A stretch of DNA of 64,000 nt from NCBI GenBank assembly GCA_046342195.1, contig JBKDQE010000020.1:18671-82670 (forward strand). The letters run 5' to 3'. This DNA comes from Burkholderiales bacterium (GTDB lineage: Bacteria; Pseudomonadota; Gammaproteobacteria; Burkholderiales; Burkholderiaceae_C). A program made the position numbers and the translations under genes. The notes under the pieces were generated by a model. That model ran no database searches and was not told the DNA's origin. It saw nothing but the letters and a program-made list of their open reading frames with translations. This document shows, one piece after another, positions 52,450 through 60,185 of the stretch. The stretch's first letter is position 1. Each line of letters begins with the position of its first letter.

Positions 52450-53841
52450 TCAAAGGCCCAAGAAGGGGCCCATGGATTTGTCGTTGACCTTGAGAACCCC
52501 GTTTTCCATTTTAAATTGGCTACTGAGCATCTGACCCTCACGTTTCACATAACCTTCATCAATTGCTTGGGTGATCATGGCTTCCAGCATGGCTTGATCT
52601 TGGGCTTGGCGCGTGGGGGTTGCATCAACCATGATTTTCTCAAGCCAGGGGGTGGGGATTTCGATGTGACCGCTGGCATAGGCTTTACGAGCCACCGCCT
52701 CGCCAAACAGGGGGCCTGCTGAACCGTTGAGGTCCTCTGCCGTGAGGCCTTGAACACCAAAAGCATACGCCATTTTTCCAGAAAGCCCATCCATATCAAG
52801 CTCAAGGGCATCCACCGAGAACTCGGGGTTGTGAGTCAGCAAAGCCGCCCCAGCCGCCATGATGGCTTCGCCCTGCACAGCCCAAGCTTCCAGGCCTGTG
52901 ACAGAACCACAAAGCATGCCAGGATGAAAAATTGTCTGGAGAATTTGCGCATAGGTACCCGCATGGATTCGCTTGAAAGAAGTGTTCAATCGAAGCTTGG
53001 GAATTGGTGTGTTGTTAATAGATGCTTGAGCATCCAAGTGGCTGACGTTGTTGAACAAACCGTTTTCAAGGCTTGTTTTGCTGTCCGTTTTGATGTTGGA
53101 AAAAGCGATTTTGGTTTGATTGCCATGAACATGGCCGAGTACCATCAAAGACTTGAGTTCTGAGCTGGAAGTGTCCATGACAAAGCCCAAGGGGTTATTT
53201 TCATCAAATCGGGTTTCACCCCGCACACTCAAAGCGTCAATGTTCATGTTCCCGGCCGCGCCTTCCTCACGGCTCACGGCTGACATGCCGGGCCAATTCA
53301 GCTCATAATGAATTTGGCCGTTCGCAGCATGACGAATTTGTAATAAAAGCGCCTTGACGCTGAGTTGCGTTTTTTTATTTTGTTCTTCAAATTCCAATGC
53401 GGCTGTGGAAATTTGAGTCACTCCCCCTCCTAAAAGATTGAGCAGCGTGTGGGCCTTGATGAGCGTTGACGCCTCAGCACCGTTTTTAAGCAGAGTACGA
53501 AGCTCAGAGGGAGTATCAATCTCGGTGTCTATGGCAACACGACCCAAGCTGGTGAACCCAGGCACCGGGCCGTGTTGAATACGTTGCCGAACAGTCAGCG
53601 CCGGCGAGTTGACGGCGGCATCCTGATCACAACCCGCGTGGATCTTGAAGGTGTATTTCGATGAAAAAATACCGCGTTCGTAAGCTGCTTCAGAAATTTT
53701 CAGGGGCAACACCTTCTCGAGATGCCCCCACTCGTTTTGAAGGCGATGCTGACTGACTGAACCGCTCCAAACCGACCCGCCCACCACGATGACTGAGGCC
53801 ACAACGCCCGCCACACCGCCCCAAATTGCTGTTTTTTTCAT
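52450..53841 (-). CDS. DUF945 (YdgA-like) family protein
   Basis: Single N-terminal TM (MKKTAIWGGVAGVVASVIVVGG) and a ~460-aa body resembling the YdgA family. Confidence 0.65.
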   Translation of the reverse strand: MKKTAIWGGVAGVVASVIVVGGSVWSGSVSQHRLQNEWGHLEKVLPLKISEAAYERGIFSSKYTFKIHAGCDQDAAVNSPALTVRQRIQHGPVPGFTSLGRVAIDTEIDTPSELRTLLKNGAEASTLIKAHTLLNLLGGGVTQISTAALEFEEQNKKTQLSVKALLLQIRHAANGQIHYELNWPGMSAVSREEGAAGNMNIDALSVRGETRFDENNPLGFVMDTSSSELKSLMVLGHVHGNQTKIAFSNIKTDSKTSLENGLFNNVSHLDAQASINNTPIPKLRLNTSFKRIHAGTYAQILQTIFHPGMLCGSVTGLEAWAVQGEAIMAAGAALLTHNPEFSVDALELDMDGLSGKMAYAFGVQGLTAEDLNGSAGPLFGEAVARKAYASGHIEIPTPWLEKIMVDATPTRQAQDQAMLEAMITQAIDEGYVKREGQMLSSQFKMENGVLKVNDKSMGPFLGL

Positions 53842-53930
53842 GCTCTGACCATTGGAAAATTGATTGAATTCAGAAAAACCCTATACCATGAAAAAAATGA
53901 TCCCACCATCAGAGGATCATGGGCTTCTAT

Positions 53931-53972
53931 ATAAGGCGCGCTCATCCACAAGGGGTTTTGCAGGGGTTTCTT
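53931..53972 (+). repeat. third copy of the AAGGCGCGCTCATC...GGGGTTTTGCAGGGG repeat
   Basis: AAGGCGCGCTCATCCACAAGGGGTTTTGCAGGGGTTTCTTG matches 23483-23524 and 25519-25545. It abuts MITE copy A. Confidence 0.6.
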
Positions 53973-53973
53973 G

Positions 53974-54139
53974 GGGCCTGTCACACTAAAGATGCCAGTG
54001 CGAACGCGGTTATTGGGGCGCAGGGCAAGGCGCGCGGCGCTGCAAAACCTCGCCGGGGGCCTGCCCTAGCTTCGTTTTGCGCCTTGCTCAAGGCCTTTTG
54101 AAAAACAACGCATCTGACATCTTTAGCGTGAACAGGCCC
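53974..54139 (+). mobile_element. MITE-like element, copy A (~166 bp, ~30-bp terminal inverted repeats)
   Basis: Ends are GGGCCTGTCACACTAAAGATGCCAGTGCG... and ...CGCATCTGACATCTTTAGCGTGAACAGGCCC. The whole element is the reverse complement of copy B by eye. Confidence 0.75.
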
Positions 54140-54508
54140 TAGCCAACTTATTGATTTATATTTGAAAATTTTAGGCAGTATTTTTCGTAACAACCCAAGC
54201 CCAAACATGAGAATGAAAGGCAGAAAACTCCGATTTTTTTCTGTACTACGTCAATATGACACAAATCTTTTACTATAAATGCCAATTTCAGGACACAATG
54301 CAGCCTGTGAGGTGATTGGGAATGCCCGAAAACAACACTTTGGACATCACGAAGCAGTCAACTTTTTGCTGTGTGTGGTTGAATGAATTGATAATGAAAT
54401 TTGCTGTGTCTGGTAGCCGCGCCGTCGCTTGTACGATTCAGGATGGGTTAACGCTCCGCATGGTTTTTCCCTCTTGAGTTATACCGAATTTTAGAAAGGC
54501 GCTCTCCT

Positions 54509-54943
54509 ATGGGCAATAAACTCTACGTTGGCAATTTGTCTTACAGCATTCGCGATGACAGCCTCCAAAAAACTTTTTCCGAGTTTGGTACTGTAGTTTC
54601 AGCCAAAGTCATGAATGATCGTGAAACTGGTCGGTCAAAGGGCTTTGGTTTCGTGGAAATGAGCTCTGACTCTGAAGCTCAGGCGGCCATTAATGGCTTG
54701 CATGGCCAGTCCCTCGACGGCCGGGCCTTGGTTGTCAATGAAGCCCGCCCCAAGGAAGATCGCCCTGGCGGCTTTGGCGGTGGTCGCTCTGGCGGCGGCG
54801 GATCCTATGGTGGCGGTGGTCGCTCTGGTGGAGGCGGCGGCTATGGCGGAGGCGGCAGTGGTTACGGCGGCGGTCGCTCCAGTGGCAGCGGTTACGGCGG
54901 CGGTGGTGGCGGTTACGGTGGCGGCCGCGGAGGTAGTTACTGA
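54509..54943 (+). CDS. glycine-rich RRM-type RNA-binding protein
   Basis: RNP2 KLYVGNL and RNP1 KGFGFVEM motifs, followed by a GGRSGGGGYGGG repeat tail. Confidence 0.9.
   Translation: MGNKLYVGNLSYSIRDDSLQKTFSEFGTVVSAKVMNDRETGRSKGFGFVEMSSDSEAQAAINGLHGQSLDGRALVVNEARPKEDRPGGFGGGRSGGGGSYGGGGRSGGGGGYGGGGSGYGGGRSSGSGYGGGGGGYGGGRGGSY
54779..54937 (+). repeat. tandem in-frame GGYGG/RSGGGG-encoding repeats within the RBP gene
   Basis: Two adjacent near-identical 36-nt units (GGTGGTCGCTCTGG.GG.GGCGG..CTATGG.GG.) followed by degenerate copies. Confidence 0.7.
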
Positions 54944-54956
54944 TTTTGACTGTTTA

Positions 54957-55123
54957 GGGCTTGTTAACACTCAAGATGCCAGATGCGTTGTTCTTCAAAA
55001 GGCCTTGAGCAAGGCGTAAAACGAAGCCGGGGGAGGCCCCCGGCGAGGCTTTCCAAGGCCTCGCTGCGCCCCAATGACCGCGTTCGCACTGCCATCTTTA
55101 GTATCTTTAGTGTTAACAGGCCC
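54957..55123 (-). mobile_element. MITE-like element, copy B (inverted relative to copy A), flanked by TA/TA
   Basis: GGGCTTGTTAACACTCAAGATGCCAGATGCG...CACTGCCATCTTTAGTATCTTTAGTGTTAACAGGCCC. TA dinucleotides at 54955-56 and 55124-25. Confidence 0.75.
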
Positions 55124-55222
55124 TAAGCCCCTCATTTTTTGTCCAGCCAAGCCCGTTTTTACCGAGAGCCATCTGGGGTGCCGCGCACAAAGCAGCAACC
55201 ACAGCCACCCAAGATCATCCCT

Positions 55223-55873
55223 ATGCTGCGCCTGATTTCCCCAGAAATTTTCGAGAGACAGGCCGGGGAAACTGCCAACGCAGCACATTGGCGCGCAAGC
55301 TTGAACTTCCCCGCAGAAATTCTCCTGAAGGCACAAGGCGAAGGCGACCTGCCAAGCATGAAGGCCGCTATTTTTGATGTTGACGGCGTTTTGACCGATG
55401 GCTCACTTTACATCAGCGAACAAGGCGAGTCTGTCAAAGCCTTTCATAGTTTGGATGGCCACGGGCTCAAGCTGCTCACCCAAGCGGGCATTTTACCGCT
55501 GGTGATCACTGGCCGTGACAGCCCTGCCGTGCGCCGGCGCCTGAGTGACCTTGGCATTGAGCACGCTCTGTATGGAATCAAAGACAAGCTCGCTGCCGCC
55601 GAGGCTTTGCTACACACTTTGAAAATCACCTGGCAGCAAGTTGCCACCATGGGCGATGACTGGCCCGATCTACCCCTGATGGTTCGAGCCGCTTTTGCGG
55701 TGGCCCCCCCCAATGCCCATGCCGAGGTCAAGGTGCGCGCTCACCATGTGACCACTCTGCGCGGTGGCGAGGGAGCTGCACGCGAATGCTGCGATATCCT
55801 TCTTGTGGCCTCAGGGCGGTATGCTGAACTTTTACAAGGGCAGCTCAATACCCTTGATCGCAGCACACCATGA
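55223..55873 (+). CDS. kdsC: 3-deoxy-D-manno-octulosonate 8-phosphate phosphatase
   Basis: HAD motif IFDVDGVLTDG, plus later GDDWPDL. ATGA overlap with lptC. Start is uncertain (55223 or 55358). Confidence 0.85.
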   Translation: MLRLISPEIFERQAGETANAAHWRASLNFPAEILLKAQGEGDLPSMKAAIFDVDGVLTDGSLYISEQGESVKAFHSLDGHGLKLLTQAGILPLVITGRDSPAVRRRLSDLGIEHALYGIKDKLAAAEALLHTLKITWQQVATMGDDWPDLPLMVRAAFAVAPPNAHAEVKVRAHHVTTLRGGEGAARECCDILLVASGRYAELLQGQLNTLDRSTP

Positions 55874-56511
55874 AATGGCATGCGCGTTTCATGGGCTGCA
55901 AAGCTTGGCTTCAAGATGTGATCAATTGGGCTTCAAGCTATCTGCCTATTTTGCTCATGAGCCTCCTGGCCATGGGCACTTGGTGGCTGGTTCAAAATTC
56001 TCCCGTTTTTGATGGGCCCCGAGAAGCAGCCGCTCCCAGCCATGCCCCTGACTACACCATGGAAAACGTTTCTTTGCGGCGCTTTGACCTGCAAGGGGCC
56101 TTGAGAAACCACATCCAGGGTCGGCAGCTACGCCACTACCCTGACACCGACACTATCGAAATTGACCAGATCCGTTTGCGCGCCCTCGACGCCCAAGGAA
56201 ACATCACCACTGCTCAAGGCCGCCTTGGCTGGAGCAACCGCGATGGTTCGGAACTTCGCCTCGAGGGGGCCGCGCGCGTGACTCGCAAAGCCACGGAAAA
56301 CGAGCCACGCATCACATTTCTCGGCGAATCCATCACAGCACGACTTCCTCAGCGACAAGTGCTCTCAAACCAAGCTCTCACGATTGAGCGTGAAGGATTG
56401 CGCATCACCGCAGACACAATCACCTACGACAGCTTCACCGGCGTGGCCCACGCTCAAGGACGGATTGATGTAAGCTACCAGCCCCCAGGAAGCCCATTTG
56501 AAAAAAAATAG
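55870..56511 (+). CDS. lptC: LPS export system protein LptC
   Basis: N-terminal TM anchor followed by a beta-jellyroll-like ~190 aa. Conserved position after kdsC. Confidence 0.75.
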   Translation: MKWHARFMGCKAWLQDVINWASSYLPILLMSLLAMGTWWLVQNSPVFDGPREAAAPSHAPDYTMENVSLRRFDLQGALRNHIQGRQLRHYPDTDTIEIDQIRLRALDAQGNITTAQGRLGWSNRDGSELRLEGAARVTRKATENEPRITFLGESITARLPQRQVLSNQALTIEREGLRITADTITYDSFTGVAHAQGRIDVSYQPPGSPFEKK

Positions 56512-56660
56512 CCCGCCTTGGCTCCTGTCCGATTAGCCCCCCCTCAGATTGGCTCCAAAGCCAGAAGTTTTACCATTTTTTATCAAAACAAAAGCTGCTG
56601 AGCCTTAAGTAGAACCCCGATTTGTCCGTAGCATAAGGAAGCTCTGAAAAACTTCTGGCA

Positions 56661-57677
56661 ATGATCGCAGGCAACTCTCAGGAGACCATCTTGCAAACAA
56701 TGGCTCAAAGTCAACTTTCACTTTCAACTTCCCCCAGCGCACTGGATGGCGCGGTTGGAGAACAAGTTTGTGTCGCATGGGAAAGCTTGGCTGAACAATT
56801 AACCCCTTTGCTTTTACATCCCAAATCCAATCCTGACTTCCTGAAAGAAATCACTCAGCTTGCCCTTGCGTTGATCAACCTTGTGGCTTGTGACCCAGAT
56901 GTCGCCATTTTTCAGATTGTGAATCCGACCAAGACGGCTTTATTGAACTATGGCGTAGAACACAGCATTCATACCGCTATTCTGATGTCTTTGATTGCCA
57001 AACACAAAGAATGGACTCCGGTTCAAACAGCCAATGCGGTGTGTGCCGCACTGACCATGAACATCTCTATTACCCAGTTGCAAACAGACCTTGCAAGGCA
57101 GCCAGAACCCCCAACGCCAGAACAAAAACGTGATATTGTTGAACACCCCTCTCGCAGCAGAGACATTTTGATCGATCTGGGGGTCATGCAAATAGAATGG
57201 CTGCGAGCCGTTCATGAGCACCATGAACAACACAATGGCAGCGGGTACCCCCAGGGTATTCGAACGGTGAGCCCTTTGTCAGATGCCTTGCGAACCAGCG
57301 ACATGTTTTGCGCCAAACTGAGCGAACGGGCATCGCGCACTCGCTTGCTATCCACCCGTGCGGCACAAGAAATTTTTCGTCAGAACAGTTACGGATACTT
57401 TGGCGCAACCATTGTGCGCATCCTGGGCATGTACCCGCCTGGATGCTTGGTGCGCTTGCTTTCTGGATGTATCGGAATTGTTTTGCAACGCAGCACCGAC
57501 CCCATGCGCCCTCGCGTGGCATTATTAACACACGATAACGGTGAGCCTCGAGAAACCCCTATTTATTCCACCACGGGCGTCGGGCCAGGCTCGGGCATCA
57601 TGGGTGCGGTTGCCAATAATGAATTGGCTCAGCGATTCGCGATTGGCGAACTGTATTCACTCATCCCTAATCAATAA
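56661..57677 (+). CDS. HD-GYP-related domain protein with degenerate HD dyad (MN-GYP)
   Basis: HHEQHNGSGYPQG matches HHExxDGSGYP. Where the HD dyad is expected, the sequence reads AALTMNISI. Confidence 0.7.
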   Translation: MIAGNSQETILQTMAQSQLSLSTSPSALDGAVGEQVCVAWESLAEQLTPLLLHPKSNPDFLKEITQLALALINLVACDPDVAIFQIVNPTKTALLNYGVEHSIHTAILMSLIAKHKEWTPVQTANAVCAALTMNISITQLQTDLARQPEPPTPEQKRDIVEHPSRSRDILIDLGVMQIEWLRAVHEHHEQHNGSGYPQGIRTVSPLSDALRTSDMFCAKLSERASRTRLLSTRAAQEIFRQNSYGYFGATIVRILGMYPPGCLVRLLSGCIGIVLQRSTDPMRPRVALLTHDNGEPRETPIYSTTGVGPGSGIMGAVANNELAQRFAIGELYSLIPNQ

Positions 57678-57683
57678 CCGACC

Positions 57684-58078
57684 TTACGGAGCCATGACCG
57701 ACAATTTGGGCCCATGAAAAAAGCTGGGCTTGATTGCACGCGCACGCCCGTATCGCCATATGAAGCCTTTCCGCCCAAGCAAGCCAAAGCGCTGCAGGAT
57801 CGATTCCAATTCGTCTACACGCCCAAGCACGACAGTTGGCTCAACATGGCCGAGATTGAGCGCAACGCGATGATCGGCCAATGCTTGAGCCGTCGAATCG
57901 ACAACATCGACACTGTACTCAGCGAAGTCGCTGCATGGCAAGCCAGCCGCGATCAGATCAACGCCAAAATTGATTGACCATTCAGTTGCGACAAGGCCCT
58001 AAGGAGCCGTGGCTAAATTTCATCGCAAAACAGGCTGCCCTGTCAGTATTCATCAGGTTTTTTCGGTTTTGCAGGGGC
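57684..58078 (+). mobile_element. IS630-family transposase C-terminal fragment and right end (remnant)
   Basis: ...YEAFPPKQAKALQDRFQFVYTPKHDSWLNMAEIERNAMIGQCLSRRIDNIDTVLSEVAAWQASRD is typical of the IS630 DDE C-terminal region. It is frameshifted at both ends. Confidence 0.7.
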
Positions 58079-58281
58079 GACCAAAGAAGCTGCCCCGATG
58101 CTTTCCGTCAATTCTGCTGCTTTCCTGGCCTTCAATAATTCATCGCTGTATTGACTATTCCGAGCCATCGAGACCTGACTTTGGGCTTAAGGAACCTGGC
58201 ATGGACATCTTGCATGGACGTTTCCAGGAAAGAGGTTCCTTAAGAATCGTGGCCCCTCAAAATCAACCAGGATGATTTAAA

Positions 58282-59181
58282 GTGCATGATCAAGCCAAAG
58301 ATTTTCAGCAATTGTTGCTGGTGAATAGCTTCGATGTGGAACCTTGGTGGGCCACGGTACCACCTTGCGTCAGTCTGGATTGTTGGGAAGAAATGCCTGA
58401 TCGAAGCGAAGCGCCATTGCTTGATTATCTTGATCTTTGTGATGAAGCGGGTGTCAAAGGAACTTTCTTTTTTGTAGGATGGCTGGCCCGACGTTATCCC
58501 CAACGACTCGAAGAAGTCGTGCGCCGTGGTCATGAGGTGGGCTGCCATGCCATGTTCCACGAGGACATTGCAAGCATGTCTATTCGTGAGTTTCGATCTT
58601 CGACGCGAGATGCAAAAGCTGTCATTGAAGATATCGCAGGAACTGAAGTCATGGCCTATAGATCGCCTGGATTTTCCTTTCCCCTCCATCGTTGCGCTGA
58701 ACTCTTTCACGAATTGGCGAATATGGGTTTTCGGATTGATTCATCGATTTCTACTGCGGTGCGGTTCCATGGAGGTGGGCATGACCGGACTGAATTTCAG
58801 TGGCCAGGGACAATGATGCACCGATTCGGAGCAAATATTTATGAGGTACCAATACCCGGGGTCTTGGTGGCTGGTGTGGAATTGCAGGTTTTTGGAGGGG
58901 GATATTTGCGGCTTACGCCCGAGCTTATCGTTAAGGGGTTGGCTCGCCGCGAGCGTTATCAAGTGCTCTACCTTCATCCGCATGATTTTGATGCGGATTT
59001 GCCTGATATTCCCAACACGCGTTACATCGCTAATTTAAGTCGTCGCTTAAGGGTGGGCAATCTTCGACGAAAAGTTGCGGCTTTATTTGCTGTGGCAGAC
59101 GTGCGAACTTGTGGGCAGCTGTATGCTCAGGATCAAAAATTATCAAGCGATTCCAAGGAAATTGCATGGACGTCGATGTAA
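58282..59181 (+). CDS. polysaccharide deacetylase family protein (DUF3473-containing, EPS/PEP-CTERM-locus type)
   Basis: FDVEPWW, GTFFFVGWLARRYP, GHEVGCH, YRSPGFSF, GGGYLRLTP and LHPHDFD blocks. GTG start. Confidence 0.75.
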   Translation: MHDQAKDFQQLLLVNSFDVEPWWATVPPCVSLDCWEEMPDRSEAPLLDYLDLCDEAGVKGTFFFVGWLARRYPQRLEEVVRRGHEVGCHAMFHEDIASMSIREFRSSTRDAKAVIEDIAGTEVMAYRSPGFSFPLHRCAELFHELANMGFRIDSSISTAVRFHGGGHDRTEFQWPGTMMHRFGANIYEVPIPGVLVAGVELQVFGGGYLRLTPELIVKGLARRERYQVLYLHPHDFDADLPDIPNTRYIANLSRRLRVGNLRRKVAALFAVADVRTCGQLYAQDQKLSSDSKEIAWTSM

Positions 59182-59230
59182 GGTTCCTTAAGGAACCATA
59201 AAAAGACTTTGAACACGCCGTTATAAAACC

Positions 59231-59797
59231 ATGATAGATCAAAAAAATACCCGCGACGAACCTTTATTAAAAGGGTGGCAGGCAGCACCCAAATTATCAA
59301 AACGTATGGCCTGCCTTATCTATGAGATCATGATTTTGTTCGGGATTGGTCTTATTCCTGGCGCCATAGGTGCCCTGTTTTTTAAATTAACCGAACAGCA
59401 CCATCCCCTGCAAAGTGATACATCTTTGAGAATATTTGCATTTTTGATTTATGGAATTTACTTTACTTGGTTCTGGTCCAAAAAGGGGCAGACCCTCCCG
59501 ATGCAAACTTGGCACATTCGTGTTGTCACAGTCACTGGAGAGCCGCTGAGCCAAGTTCGAGCCCTGTCGAGGTATCTGCTCAGTTGGATATGGATTGTGC
59601 CTGCTGTGCTCCTTTCATTCTTGGCGGGGTGGTCAGGAGGAGCCTTGTTTTTGGCTATCTTGGTGGGCGCAAGCGTCTATGCCAGCCTGACCTATTTACG
59701 GCCTGATCGGCAATTTTGGCACGACATTTTGGCTGGAACTCGCCTGATTATGGCCATTCCGCCAACAGACCAAACAGCATCCTCTCATTTAGACTGA
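59231..59797 (+). CDS. RDD family membrane protein
   Basis: Three TM segments with RDD-family features (KRMACLIYEIMILFG..., WSKKGQTLPMQTWHIRVV). Confidence 0.75.
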   Translation: MIDQKNTRDEPLLKGWQAAPKLSKRMACLIYEIMILFGIGLIPGAIGALFFKLTEQHHPLQSDTSLRIFAFLIYGIYFTWFWSKKGQTLPMQTWHIRVVTVTGEPLSQVRALSRYLLSWIWIVPAVLLSFLAGWSGGALFLAILVGASVYASLTYLRPDRQFWHDILAGTRLIMAIPPTDQTASSHLD

Positions 59798-60010
59798 GTT
59801 GCTCATCGTGATCGAGAGATCGCAGGGCCTTGGCTCAAGCCATCAAGCCTATCTATACCGCAGTCAGTGCTGAGACTACACTTGCTGAGCTTGATGCCTT
59901 TGAGCAAGGCTCTTGAGTGGCTCAATGAGCCATACCCGGAAATTGAGACACCAGCGCGAACCCACCCATTGACCCGCCTCGGGCAGACTTTTGCGTTTGC
60001 GCCGAACATA

Positions 60011-60047
60011 AAAAAATCCCGCCCAAAATTGAGCGGGATTTTTACTT
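60011..60047 (-). terminator. rho-independent terminator after tRNA-Arg (bidirectional shape)
   Basis: Minus strand: ATCCCGC-TCAATTTTGG-GCGGGAT followed by TTTTTTT. The plus strand also has a T-run after the stem. Confidence 0.65.
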
Positions 60048-60051
60048 TTAA

Positions 60052-60129
60052 TGGTGCGGCTGGCAGGAATCGAACCCACGACCCCTTGGTTCGTAGCCAA
60101 GTACTCTAATCCAACTGAGCTACAGCCGC
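60052..60129 (-). tRNA. tRNA-Arg (anticodon ACG)
   Basis: Reverse complement GCGGCTGTAGCTCAGTTGGATTAGAGTACTTGGCTACGAACCAAGGGGTCGTGGGTTCGATTCCTGCCAGCCGCACCA folds as a cloverleaf. Anticodon loop CTACGAA, GGTTCGATTCC T-loop, encoded CCA. Confidence 0.9.
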
Positions 60130-60185
60130 AAAGATAATGATTATAGCGTATTTTTTGAGATGATGGGGGGTGTTGGAAAAACGCT

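Noticed and set aside
54779-54937. Possible CRISPR-like or other non-coding tandem array
   Set aside because: The repeats are in frame within the RRM protein gene and encode the GGYGG/RSGGGG tail. There are no spacers and no repeat-spacer periodicity. No CRISPR array was seen anywhere in the window.
57978-58281. 88-aa ORF (58009-58275), considered as a candidate toxin-antitoxin or small regulatory gene between the IS630 fragment and the deacetylase gene
   Set aside because: The N-terminal part is the degraded IS630 C-terminus/right end. The rest has no start signals or recognisable fold features.
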